From Heterodontus francisci (taxonomy: Eukaryota), in the NCBI RefSeq assembly GCF_036365525.1, contig NC_090407.1:25857860-25921859 (forward strand): a stretch of DNA of 64,000 nucleotides, read 5' to 3'. The notes under the pieces were generated by a model. That model was not told the origin of the DNA. It ran no database searches and worked only from the letters and a program-made list of their open reading frames with translations. Positions 48,388-60,178 of this stretch are shown one piece after another; position 1 is the first letter of the stretch; each line of letters starts with the position of its first letter. Position numbers and translations under genes: made by a program.

Positions 48388-48650
48388 GTACCAGATTCAA
48401 ATCCTAACCTATGCTGAGTTAGCTGGTATCAGTGGGGTGCCATACTGTTCCTTGAGCCAAGGAAAAGAAACATCAGCCAGCGATCCTGATCACTATTCAG
48501 AGAGCTCTGTTGGAAAGTACATGCATCAAGGTCAGTGAGGACAGAATTGGACTGTCGTCAAATACCTGCAATGCTTGCATGGGCCAGGTACAGAAAGACA
48601 TCTGGCAACCAAGGGACAATAATGCAGTGTGAGGCGAAGGGGAGAAAATT
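48388..48650 (+). mobile_element. LF-SINE-like element
   Basis: aaggtaccagattcaaatcct..tgctgagttagctg, atcagccag..tcctgatcactattcag and gtgaggacagaattgg. Confidence 0.6.
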
Positions 48651-48729
48651 GTTGCTTGTCACCTTCCATGATATTGTATGTGTAATTTTAGTTCAGTAAA
48701 AACCATTTGCAACCCATTTTTATTTTCAG

Positions 48730-48898
48730 AATGTACGGAAGAAGGAAAACTCATCAACTAAGCCTCGCCCATCAGGTGCTGGAATAGGTCTACTCCCACC
48801 ACCTCCAGGGACTAAAACACCAATACTGCTCCCACCGCCAGGGTCACAGGGCATGCAGAATATAGTGACGCAACAGCCTACGCAGTCGCCTTCTGCAG
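48730..48898 (+). CDS. NECAP2: NECAP2 exon 6 (proline-rich: GLLPPPPGTK)
   Basis: Acceptor tttattttcag, donor gtata, 169 nt. Open in frame: NVRKKENSSTKPRPSGAGIGLLPPPPG... Confidence 0.93.
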
Positions 48899-49453
48899 GT
48901 ATAGTACTCCAGCAGAAAGATGAGTGTTTCACTGTGGCCTTGTTAACCAGTATCCTGAGTGATACTCATTTTCTCTCTCCAGGTATAACAATCTGAAATG
49001 GAGAGACAAACAGTTTTTTCATGCTGGCTTCTTTTGACTTGGAGGTAGAATTTATGAGCAATTGTAATTGACCTTTGTTTGCTTACCAGAGTTTATAAGT
49101 AGTTACAATTGCTTGGATTTGTCTATTTAGACCAATTCCTCAAAGATTGCTTGAGCAATAGCCTTAAAGGAATAAGCCAGGTTATGTTTTAGCAACTGAA
49201 CATCACCGAGGCATTACAGACTGTGATAGATTTGGTTATATTCAGAAGGTGGGATCAGTTGTATTGTGGGTGCCCAATTTATGCTATTTATACCGTAGTC
49301 TTGTGGATTCACCCTGAACTATCTGTGCTTGCTGGGTTAATTCATAAATCTAGTGTGTACTGCCTCTGTATATAGGTTTCATTGATTAGTTTGGTTCATA
49401 TCATTTTGGATAGTGCTTGCTGTTTTCATTTGATTGATCTATAAATTTTGCAG

Positions 49454-49550
49454 AATTACTGGGAGGCTTTGATTCCCCAAATCCATCTCCTGCTTTGGCT
49501 TCTCACACTGCCACAACTGACCTGTGGGGAGACTTTGCAACGGCAACCAG
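49454..49550 (+). CDS. NECAP2: NECAP2 exon 7 (ELLGGFDSPNPSPALASHTATTDLWGDFATAT)
   Basis: Acceptor ttttgcag, donor gtttg, 97 nt, DLWGDF adaptor-binding motif, phases consistent with both neighbours. Confidence 0.9.
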
Positions 49551-50418
49551 GTTTGTGCTGCATCCTCTTTAAACCTCACATTCGTATTGGTAAAATGGTT
49601 AAAAACAAAGTATGTAATTATTTTCTAAATCAAGACAGCTATGGTTATGTTAACTTAGTACATGAAATAGATTGCAGTTAACAAGGCTTTTACATTGAAC
49701 AATTAGTGAGGTACTAGATGGGGAGTCACAATACAATACTGGTAGTAAAATAGCCTAAAATGCTGATAGACCTAATACTGTGTCATTGTGACTCCAAAGC
49801 TGTTGCACAAACCTATTTTTGTTTTCATTTTTGCATGCATTTTCTCACTTTTCAAAACGTTTTACACATTCTACTAAATGGCTACTGAAAGCTCTTGAAA
49901 AACAATTTTGAGGGTTACAAACCTCAGGTTGAGAGATTCGAAAAAACTTTGTTCTTAAAAGGTAGTGGACATGCATAACAGACTCACGTCATTGATTTGG
50001 GGTTACTCGGTACTTTTCAACAGAGCTTGTTCGCTATATTAAGGAGAGGAATTAAGTTTTAAAGAGGGATTAATAAGGGTGATTTTTTTTTTTCTCTTGG
50101 GTTAGATGGGAAGGGACTTGGATCTATCTGTTCCTTTAAAGAAGTGGTGGCAGAGAGGGAAAGAAAGTCCACGATAGAATAATCATATATGGACTATCTT
50201 ACTATAGACTGAAAATAATTTTAATATTCATTTCAGGACTTTGTTATGCAGTGAGTTGGCACTCTGTCCTTTCACTCTGGGACCTGGGTCTGAACCTATC
50301 CCAGACCTGAGATGAAAGTTTTCTTTGCCATAAGGATGCGCTACCTGAATAAACATTTTTTAAAAAATACATTTTGTACAAAATGCCTTCTGATAACTTT
50401 AACTTTCTTGTTCTTCAG

Positions 50419-50467
50419 CTCTGCTACAAACCAAGTGGCCCAGAGCACCAATTGGGTTCAGTTTTGA
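50419..50467 (+). CDS. NECAP2: NECAP2 last exon (SATNQVAQSTNWVQF*)
   Basis: Acceptor tttcttgttcttcag. C-terminal WVQF (WXXF-acidic AP-2 alpha-ear motif) then TGA. Total CDS is 804 nt, divisible by 3. Confidence 0.96.
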
Positions 50468-51390
50468 CATGGGGCATCCTTCTGTTTTCTCCTTTGAAAT
50501 TACGATCCTGAGAGACTATGATTGACACTTCTTTTCTGATGAGATTCCTGGAGATGGAAGCTGCTGGGAGTCCATGGTATCAGAGCCAGCAGGATTCTGG
50601 ACACTCAGGCTGCAGCCTTGGAACTTTTCATTTCCATTAACAGTACATCTGTACCAGAACGTCTGTCCCATCCCTGTAACCACTGTGTCCACAAGAGCCC
50701 AAACATGCCTAGCCATGTAACAGTGCTTTTGTTTCACAGTGATTGGATTCATTTCATAAAGGTTAATGGGACACAAATGCTTATCAAAAAGGAGTTACCA
50801 TGTTTTTGAATTTTTTTACACAGAGGTATAATGTATAATAATGGTCCTAACTTTGAAGCGTTCCTTAAACACATCACATCAAACTGTTTCACACAGGCAC
50901 TGTATTCAGTAGATTTCCATTCCATATGTGATAATCTTCCATTGTAACAGTTTGTTGGGCGGGGGAGGATGCTGTGAAGAACTGATTTGTACTTAAACAA
51001 CAAAGCACTGATTCATTGAAGTCCTACAGAATCACATGCCACACGAGGAAATGGGCATGCTTCATGTTTCTTGATTGATGTGGGTGGTGATGGATGTGAT
51101 GTATGGTAGCAGAAGACTGGACCTTTAAATACTCTGTTTTCTTTTCCAAAATATTTGTCTGCTTTGGCCAGTGACCTTTATTTTTTGGGCTGACCTGTGA
51201 GCTATTTGTGTCTGTAAATAAGAGTTTGTCTATTTCAGTATTTATACAAATTGGAGGGAGGGAGGAAATCCTGCATCTGTGGGAGAGGGGGGAAATCGGG
51301 AGCTGTTAATGTTAATGCTGGGCTAAAATCAGGGAATTTCTTTAGAGTTGGAAAATGTTCCAAATAAAAATGTCTATTGAAACTATTTGT
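50468..51390 (+). other. NECAP2: NECAP2 3' UTR with polyA signal AATAAA at 51363-51368
   Basis: Repeat-free sequence ending in AATAAA followed by a GU/U-rich tract. Repeats resume at about 51480. Confidence 0.7.
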
Positions 51391-53094
51391 TTCGATGTTT
51401 AGAGTTTTTCTCCTGTTCCTGTGTGCCTCACAACCAATCGGTTATCATTGAAGCTCAGTTATTGTTACATCAGTAAACACATTGGAGTGTTGGTTGAGGA
51501 AGGAACATTAGCCAGGACACCTGGAGGGTGCCCTACTCCTTTTCGAATGGTACTTCGGAACCTTTTGTGTCCAATGCAACGGGCAAGCCTGGAAAGCTGC
51601 ACCTCCAGCAATACAGCACTCCATCACTACTACAATGGAATGTCAGCCTAGATTATGTGCTTAAGACCAGGAGTGGGACTGGAACCATTACCTTCTGGTT
51701 CCAAGCTAAATGTTACTAATTGAGACAGGCTGCCATATAGGAAAGCAATACTCTAAAAAGGAATAGGTGACTCCTTGGGTTTCATTAATGAAAAGAGGTA
51801 CAATAACCTGCACAAGAAGAAATTCAGCTATCACCGTGGTGATGAGCCTCTAACTGAAGGGTTTGTTTACCAGTACATTGAAGCCAGATGAATATTACAA
51901 CAATTGTTCCCAAATCTCGAGTGGTGTTTAAGCAGGAGCTGAATTATGGTTTGTTAGCGTCTTTCGGAGGAGTTTGCTATTGGTTACCACAGAACAAAGA
52001 CTGTCTCTCTGGCCAGGTTTGTCCCCCGCACTGGCTCAGGTAACCAGTTTAAATAAAGCAGAGCAATTCTACAGCAAGCTCCGCCCCAGGGACGCTGAAA
52101 GAGAATTCTATAACCCATCATCGACCACAGCAGACCAGCTAGGGATCACTCACTGTTTGCCTGACTGCTAATGTAGTAAGTACTGACTATTTCTGATTTA
52201 TGATTAACTTGGTGATGGCTACTGTAGGATTTAACAAATGTTTTGTCTTAATATTTTACACATACAGGAAATGTTACTCAGGCGTGAAATAATTAACCAT
52301 TACACTGGCAGAATTCCTTAATGATTTCAAACACAAGCCTTTTCACTCTGAATCACCTCAAAATCCTAAAGAATAGAGAGAGATCTACTCTTAATGATAT
52401 GTCTAGTTCTCTGAGGTCAGGGTGTGATGGACAAGTTGATTATATTTTTCTTTTTACCTAAAGAATGATAAGAACTTTTCTCCACTTATACGCTGCCATG
52501 GAAGCTTGTCTGGAATTTATTTCTCTTTAACCCTATATTCAAGACACAATGTGAAGGTAAAGTGAACTTAATTATTGCCTTACACTCCAGGCTGTCCAAA
52601 TTATGTGCCCAGTTTGTGAACAAGTATGTCTCATTTTTTTCTATGCCACCCCCTCCACCTGCCCAGCACTGAATTCTTGCAGGGATTCAGTTCTGTGGAT
52701 GTCAAGTGCCATTTTTCCATTTATCACCTGTGAATTTAGCACGGCGAGAGGGACATCAGAGTGGTCTCCAAATCAGCCTTACCCAATGTCCAGGAACATG
52801 CTGGAAGCAGTCTGAGGTCTGGGTGATTTCTCTTGCTCGGTTGCATCACCCTTTCTGTTGTCCCCAGCTGAGATGAGTAATGGAACCTGCCACTTTCCTG
52901 TCTCAATGCCTTGCTATTGAACTGGATGATGCATTTACCAACTGAGTTTTACGTGAGCCTGTGAACCATATTAAAGATCAATCTGAGGTTAGCCATCTGG
53001 AAGAGCTGTGTGATTGATGCACTGGGAGTTATACTTGAGTGTTGGGGACTCTGCCTTAACCAACATCAGTCAAATTAGAACTGATCATCCATGA

Positions 53095-53485
53095 CAGTGG
53101 TAGTACTCTTGCCTCCTCAAAGTTGTGGCTTCCAGCCCCACTCCTGAGACTTGAGTATACAATCTAGATTTAAACTTCACTGCAGTACTGAGGGAGTGTT
53201 GTACTGTCTTTCAGATGAGATGGATGGATGGATGTAAAAGATCCCACAACACTATTCATGGAAGTGCAAAGCAGTTCTGGTGTCCTGGACAACATTTATT
53301 CCCCAACCAACATAACCTATTTTTAAAAAAAAATTCATTGCTGTTTGCAGACCTGTGTGCAAATTGGCTGCCACGTTTCCTTTTATTACAATTGTGATTA
53401 TACTTGAAAATGTAACTTAGTTGGCTGTGAAGTGCCTTTTCACATCCTAAGTTTGCACAAAATGGTATATAAATGCAAGTTTGTT
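53095..53485 (+). mobile_element. Deu-SINE
   Basis: tgcagtactgagggagtg, gtaaaagatccca, tgtgtgcaaattggctgcc and tatataaatgcaagt tail. Confidence 0.75.
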
Positions 53486-53639
53486 CTTTGCAAATGTTTC
53501 TATCTAATAACTGCTGCAGTCCACAATGATAGATTTCAGACCATGTCTCCATTCCTTTGGAGTTTGGTTCTTTTATTCAGTGAGATGCATAAGTGAAGGG
53601 CCAAGGCCCATAGTGTAAAACTGGCCGCCATCAAGGTTG

Positions 53640-54420
53640 AGGAGAATGTGATAAATTAGAAAGTGATTAGATAAGCTTGTTTTACAAGATTGTAGAGGGA
53701 AAGGCATTAAGAAGTTCCATAGATTTGAGTGGAAAGTTCTGAATAGCCATAACTATTTATAAAATAGTGACAGGAGTGCAGCAGAGAGGGGGATTCGAGG
53801 CTGCTAATAAGGATCACTTATTGGACCATATTGGGTGCCACGATGGTACATCAAGGATGACACTGACTCCTAAATGTGATGTTATTCTAATTGTGTGAGC
53901 ACAACCAGCGAGAGCGGCTGCGTTTGGGTCAGTCATCTTATGCTGAAGGTATTCACGACTGCAGGCTGATTGATATATTACATTAGTGTAACTATTTAGT
54001 TTATTGTAACAGGGTTGAGGTTTGAGGCTTTATTGTATGATTTTGAGATGTAAAGCAGACTTTTAAGTTCAGGAAGTGGTGCAAAGAAGGGTCTGGAGAC
54101 TAATCGCGCGAGTGTATGAGGTCAGAATTATGAAGAATGGGACAAACTTAGGCTTTACGCCGTTGAAAGGGAACAACCGAGAGGTTACCATATACAGTAG
54201 ATGTTTACAAGATATGTAAAGAGGGAAATTTTTGAGAGCTATTTAAAACTGAAACTTGACTGTAGGCGGCGCAGGTTCTAACTGGACAAAAGCAATTTCT
54301 CGGCTGGTGCCAATAAGTTCTTACTACATAGTAAACAACACGTGGAATAGACCTTGTTAGGAAAATACCCTGCAAGCATTTAACAAACCGCAATGGAGGA
54401 GGGCTTTCTGAATTGATGAA
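53640..54420 (+). mobile_element. Highly degraded CR1 3' fragment
   Basis: Remnants such as KLRLYAVEREQPRG and gtgcaaagaagg...actaatc. Heavily mutated. Confidence 0.5.
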
Positions 54421-54910
54421 TAAGGTGGGCTTTCCTTTCTGTATTTAAGTTTGCCCTGTATACTAATTCCTGCTCTTGAAAACTTATATTGAACCCTGTA
54501 GCATTTAATTCGTTGTGAACTCTACCATAGTTTTAAGGGAAACTCAGTAAAACTGCTAAACATGCTCCTGTTCACTCCCGGTCAATCTCCTGTAACCCCA
54601 AAAAATGCATTTCAAAAGCAAAAATCAACAAGTTGCAGGTTAAACAAATCTCACTTCCTTTCTTGCATTGATTAACACGTAAAATAATCCATACTTTCCA
54701 TATTTTCTGGTTCATTAATATTCTCCTGTTATTGCTGAGCTGCTACCATTCTTAATGGTTTGAGGTAAAGTGCCAGTGGCCTGTCCAGAATGGAGCTACT
54801 GCAAACTATGCCCCCTTTAGTCTGTTTGTGCATGGTGCAAGTTTAACTGGGGTCCTTATGTGCTCTTTGAAAGCTTAACCTGGATCGGTACGGATTTAAA
54901 CCTGCGTCGA

Positions 54911-55012
54911 TTTTAGCCTGGGTCTGCCCTTACGTACACGATGCAGTTTTAGCCCGGGTCACTCTATATATACACACTGCAGGTTTAACCCGAGTTTGTC
55001 CTTGTGTACACT
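54911..55012. repeat. Imperfect 36-bp tandem repeat (3 units)
   Basis: ttttagcctgggtctgcccttacgtacacgatgcag / ttttagcccgggtcactctatatatacacactgcag / gtttaacccgagtttgtccttgtgtacact. Confidence 0.6.
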
Positions 55013-55430
55013 AACACGCAAATTGAGCTATGCTTCGATTCCGTTTCGGCTGCAGTTAGCGCCCTGCTTTTGACTGGCTCCGGAGAAAATCCCAGTTGGT
55101 GCTCGGGATCGGAGAAGGAAGCGGCTGAGATTACAGATGACAGCTGGGAGCAACGATTAACTCCGGGCAGAGCGAGGAGCGTAGTGCCCGGCGGGTAGGA
55201 GGTGGTTTCACAGCACAAAGAACAAAAGGAGCGGAATTGGAAGAAGGAATTTAATGCAGATTAATGTGACCTGGAAACAATAACCAGGAGGCCGGCTCAA
55301 ATTCACCAATAGTTATGCGAACATTTGGAGAAGTATTATTACAGAAACCCCCATTACAATCGCAATTTTAGCGAAATCTCAGTCACTGTGGCTCGCATTT
55401 CTGTTGTTTGTGACTGGGTCTCGGAAACAA
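55010..55430 (+). promoter_or_regulatory. CpG-rich candidate promoter / non-coding first exon of CROCC, with an RFX X-box-like site
   Basis: Local CpG enrichment in non-repeat DNA, possible donor cgg|gtagga near 55194, and GTGACCTGGAAAC at 55266-55278. Confidence 0.45.
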
Positions 55431-56279
55431 ATGCTTATTGTTGGTAATCTAACTTCTTTTCCCCTTGGGACGTTTTACCACCTTAAGGGCGCTATATGAA
55501 TGCCAGCTGTTAAAATACCCGGCTCCTGGCACTCTCTGAACATAAAAACGGCAAATAGACAACATTACACTCCAGTAAATATTTAAATTCAATTCCTAAA
55601 ATAACAAGAAAATGCGGGTCAGGGAAATTTACGATTTGTGTGTAGACCTTTGCCCTACTTTAGGCTTCCAGCATTTTCTGTTTTAATTTTAGATTTCCAA
55701 CATTTGCAACTTCCTTGTAGTCTAAATTTTAAATGCAGGCTTAAACCAGTATTGCATTTACACTGATTTGGGTGTGGTGATTAATGTCAAGTGCCCTGAC
55801 CCTGGAATGACCTGTCACTTTTTCTGGTGTTACATTGACCCACCGCAGAGAGACAAGCCAATTGGCATCTGTAGTTGCCTCTTCTGATCAGAGGGTTTCA
55901 AGATGATTCCCATCAGCTTCCATATGTATATTGATTACTTGTAGTTCTATCTCCCCACCATTTCACTACATCCCATAGCTATCTCTGTGCTGTCATGCTG
56001 ACATTTGTACATCGTCACGGATGTGCCAATATTGTCTCCAGCTGAACATCTGGAGCAACAAAGCCCTAAATTTTAGAACCACCGTAATAAACTCTGCTCC
56101 AACTTTAGTTCCAACTTATTCTAAATTCAACTGTACATATCCTGTCCTACAGCGACTCCTGTTTTCCTAATGCTCCATTCAATGGGAAGAGAGCACACTC
56201 TGGGTTTTATGTCTTGATTTTTCCCCTCAGTATTCACTCTTTTATCGATCATTCCAGCAGAGATCAATAGGGATGCAAA

Positions 56280-56620
56280 GAGACAAGACAAGAGTCTGGG
56301 GAGTGGGGGTGCAGGATTTGGAGGAGTGAGGCGATGAAAGATTTTAAATGTAAGGATGAGAATTTTAAATTGGATGTGTTGCCAGTGTAAGGAGTCAGCA
56401 AGGGCAGGTGATGGGTGAGCAGGGCTTGGTGCAGCATTGAATATGCACAGTAGAGTTTTGGACATGCTGAAGTTTAAGGAGGATGGGAGGCCGGCCAGAA
56501 AAGCATTGGAATAGTTGAGTCTGGAGTTGATAAAGGCATGAATGAGTGTTTCAGCAGCAGATGAGCTGAGGCAGAGAGGGGCAATGTTATGGAGGTGGAA
56601 GCTCATCTTGGGGTTGAATG
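56280..56620 (-). mobile_element. L2 LINE fragment
   Basis: ORF 56127-56630(-) LSSSAAETLIHAFINSRLNYSNAFLAGLP..LHW..IQFKILILTFKIFHRL. Confidence 0.85.
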
Positions 56621-56967
56621 GCAAGATCACATCACAGATTTGATCTCCACTCTGCCATGATTTCCTTTCATTGTTGTTTCAGATGAAGTTAGGAGAAAGT
56701 TGGAAACGAAATAAAAGTCTCCTAAACTCCCATCTCATTTTTGGCAGCTCTTTCTTGGTAGATTAATGAGACCTCATATATTTTGCTGTTAAGTGTGGTC
56801 TACAGCCCAACACAAGGGCAAATTATATCATTCATCTCAAATAAACTCACCTAGCCAAAGATGAATGTCATTGATGCAAATCATTGATATCTGGCATCCA
56901 ACTTTGACCAACACCAGACACTGTAGCACAAGATGTTGAATGATGAGAAATTGGAGGTTTGGTGATT

Positions 56968-57310
56968 CCAGTGCAGTACTGAAGGAGTGCTGCATTGTTG
57001 CAGGTGCCATCTTTCAGATGAGACATCATACCAAGGCCCTGTCTGCCTTTTCTGGTGAACTTAAAAGATCACATGGTACTATTTCGAAGAAGAGCAGGGG
57101 AGTTATCCCCAATGTCTTGACCAATGTTTATCCCTCAATAAGCAACCAGTCATTATCACATTGCTGTTTATGGGAGCTTGCTCTGCACAAACTGACTGCC
57201 ATGTTTCCTATATTTCTACAGTGATTACACTTCAACAGTACTTCAGTTGCTGTAAAGTGCTTTCAGACATCCTGAGGTTGTGAAAGGCGCTATATAAATG
57301 CAAGTCTTAC
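56968..57310 (+). mobile_element. Deu-SINE
   Basis: Family motifs ending in aaaggcgctatataaatgcaagtc. Confidence 0.8.
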
Positions 57311-58552
57311 TTTGTTTTCTTTCTGAGGCTAATTGTAATATATACCCCATCATTCTGCCTGTGATTAGCTAACTGAGCACCAATTGGGGTTTGAACTATT
57401 GTTGAGATTGACTGTTTTCCTTCTGTCCAAATCAAACTATTGTTGAGACTGTGTCTGCTCTGTTGAGATGGGTGTAAGTCTGGAGGATGCATGATATCAC
57501 AGGGCAAGGTGACCCTGAGTCTCGCTGATAACATACACTGCAGTCTTTGGTGCATAAACGAAGAGCAACTATCACTCATACATACATCCTGCTGGCCACC
57601 TCAAAATATACCTCAATACTTTTCACAATTCATCCATTTTTACACAGCGGGTTGTTATGATCTGGAATGTACTTCCTGAGAGGGTGGTGGATGTAGATTC
57701 AATAGTACCCTTCAAAAGGGAATTGGATACATATTTTGCAGGGTTATGGGGAAAGAGCAGGGGAGTGGGAACAATTGGCTAGCTCTTTCAAAGAGTCAAC
57801 ACAAGCACAATGGGCCAGATGGCCTCCTAATGTGTTCTAGGATTCTGAGATCACACAAAGATGAGGGAAGCCATTCAGCTGATCTAGTTGATCCTTCTAT
57901 GGAAACCAACGCTTTAATTGCCTGTTAAATGATTCCTGCATTTTTGCCTTCATTGGCCTATTTCAGGTACTTTTCACTCTGTGACTAAATGCCTCCTGAC
58001 ATCAGTCCTGAACTTGCATTTTATCAGTTTGTAGCTACCCTGATGTTTGGACGTGCAGTATTGAACAAATATTGAATCGAAATTCATGTTTTAAAATGTA
58101 TTTTTCCCCCACTCTCCTTTAGTAATTAACTTTGCATTCTATTCCTCTGGGCTGCCTACACCCAGGCCTGTGTCAGTCCAGCTCTGTACAGATCATCCAG
58201 CGATCATAGTGAGATCTAAAGGGATCTCCGTACAGTTCAGAACCCAGAAGCATGAAAATCATGGAGACTAAATGTGATAGGAGATGGTCAAAGATCCTCG
58301 TGACAAGCTGAGTGGCTCGAGATCGATAATAAAGATGGAAAATATATAATGCTTGAGGTTAAGAGAACAACATAATCAGACAGAGTTGACATAAAAATAA
58401 GGGTACATTCACCGGTGTCTCCTACATTACTGCAATGTCTGCAATTCAAGTACTTAGTTGGCTTTGGGTGCGCTGAATTCGTGCAAAATGCTCTCGTAAT
58501 CCAACTCTTCTTTCTCAAAGCGGTACCCAGTCTAGTATTAAGGCATAACAAT

Positions 58553-58985
58553 CAGAAGGTCCCAGCCTTTATCCTGGGTCTGCGTTGAGTTAGCCAATCT
58601 CATCAGGGACAATGATAGGAGAATTACAATTGGCCTCAGCACCTCTGAATTAGGGAGGGGGATGAAAATGAGCCAGAGCTCCTACTCCTCTTCACTATCC
58701 AGTGATCCTTGTTAAAACAGTGTGTGTATGGGCATCAGCTGTAAAAGAAACATGGCTTGGTTTTGATAATCTCCATATTTGAATGGCTCGCTGACACTGT
58801 GCTCATTAGTGAAAAATGGCCATGGATGAGATACTGGGGGTGCCAGACACCTTTGGAGCTGTAAGCCATGACCTAATGGAATGGCGGAACAGGCTCATGG
58901 GGCTGAATGGCCGACTCCCTTTCCTATGTTTTATAACCTAGCAAGAGTTAATGGAGTCAGGAATGGAGGGGAAAAAACTAGAAAA
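58553..58985 (+). mobile_element. LF-SINE-like element (best-preserved copy; small CR1 tail inserted at about 58865-58930)
   Basis: gaaggtcccag..tctgcgttgagttagcc..tacaattggcctcagcacc..agggagggg..agccagagctcctactcct..ctatccagtga..aatggcca..gagatactgg. Confidence 0.65.
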
Positions 58986-59384
58986 AAGATCTTGATATAC
59001 ACTGCCTCCTGTGACCAAGGTTGATAATAAATCTTTAAGAAATCCTGCTGTTGTGCACTGGCTCGGTTCAGAAACCTAGCAGCCTGAAGCCCCTTGCATG
59101 ACATTGAAATCTGGCCAGGGTGTTAATTTGTGGAATCTCATTTTAAACCGCTTTACAATCAGTGGAGGAGCTCCCCGTAAAAAGACAGGAGGTAGATAGT
59201 CTCAACTATTGGAGGCGAGGGAGAAATGACTAAAAACACAACATTTAGTTATTTTTTTCATAATATAGTCTATGGGTGTGAGGGTGCATTTATATTAAAA
59301 GTTCTCCTCCCACCATAAATATTCACCTTTATGGAAATACCAACCTGAACTTGTTAATTATTTTTGGTAGCAATGTTTTTTTTT

Positions 59385-59740
59385 TCCTTCATTTATGGGA
59401 TGTTGGTATCACTGGCAAGGCCAGCAGTTATTGCCCTTGACTGAGTGGTTTGCGAAGCCATTTCAGAGTGGGATTAAGAGTTAATCACGTTGTTGTGGGT
59501 CTGGAATCACATATAGGCCAGACCAGTGTAAGAAGAGCAGATCTCCTTCCTTAAAGGACATTAGCAAACCGTATGGGGTTTTACAACAATCCAGTGGTGA
59601 CATGGTCACAATTACTCGCTCTAGCTTTTTATTCCAGATTTATTTATTAATTGAATTTAAATTCATCAGCAGTCATGGTGGGATTTGAACTTATGTCTCT
59701 GGATTTTCAGTCTGGATTACTAGTCGAGTAGCATAACCAT
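59385..59740 (-). mobile_element. SINE with a CR1-type tail (same family as 23625-23862)
   Basis: ttaagagttaatcacgttgttgtgggtctggaatcacatataggccagacc, with a tRNA-like head ggtgggatttgaac. Confidence 0.7.
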
Positions 59741-59817
59741 GAAGCTATCATTCTTGAGATAAAGCCAAGATAAAAAAAAAAGAGACCTAGAAAATAAACA
59801 GTGAGTCAGTCAGTGTA

Positions 59818-60178
59818 TCAGCTGTAGCTCAGTTGATAGCACTGTTGCCTCTGAAGATTGCAGATTCAAGTCCCACTTCAGAAACTTGAGCACCAACTCC
59901 AGGCTGACACTTCAATATAGTACTGAGGGAGGGCTGCATTGTCGAAAGTGCTGTCATTCAGACTTGTAAGATCCCATGGCACCAGACGAAGGAGAGTTAG
60001 TCGTCAGCTAACATCATTAAAACAAATTATCTGGTAATCATCACATTGCTGTTTATGGGAAATTGCTGTGTGCAAATTGGCTGCTGCATTTCCTATATTA
60101 CAACACTCAAAAAGTACTTCATTAGCTGTAAAGGGTTTTGGGGATATCCTGGGAGCTGTAAAAATGCAAGTTCTTTCC
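59818..60178 (+). mobile_element. Deu-SINE
   Basis: Head tagctcagttgatagcact..gattcaagtcccact and the family core. Confidence 0.75.
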
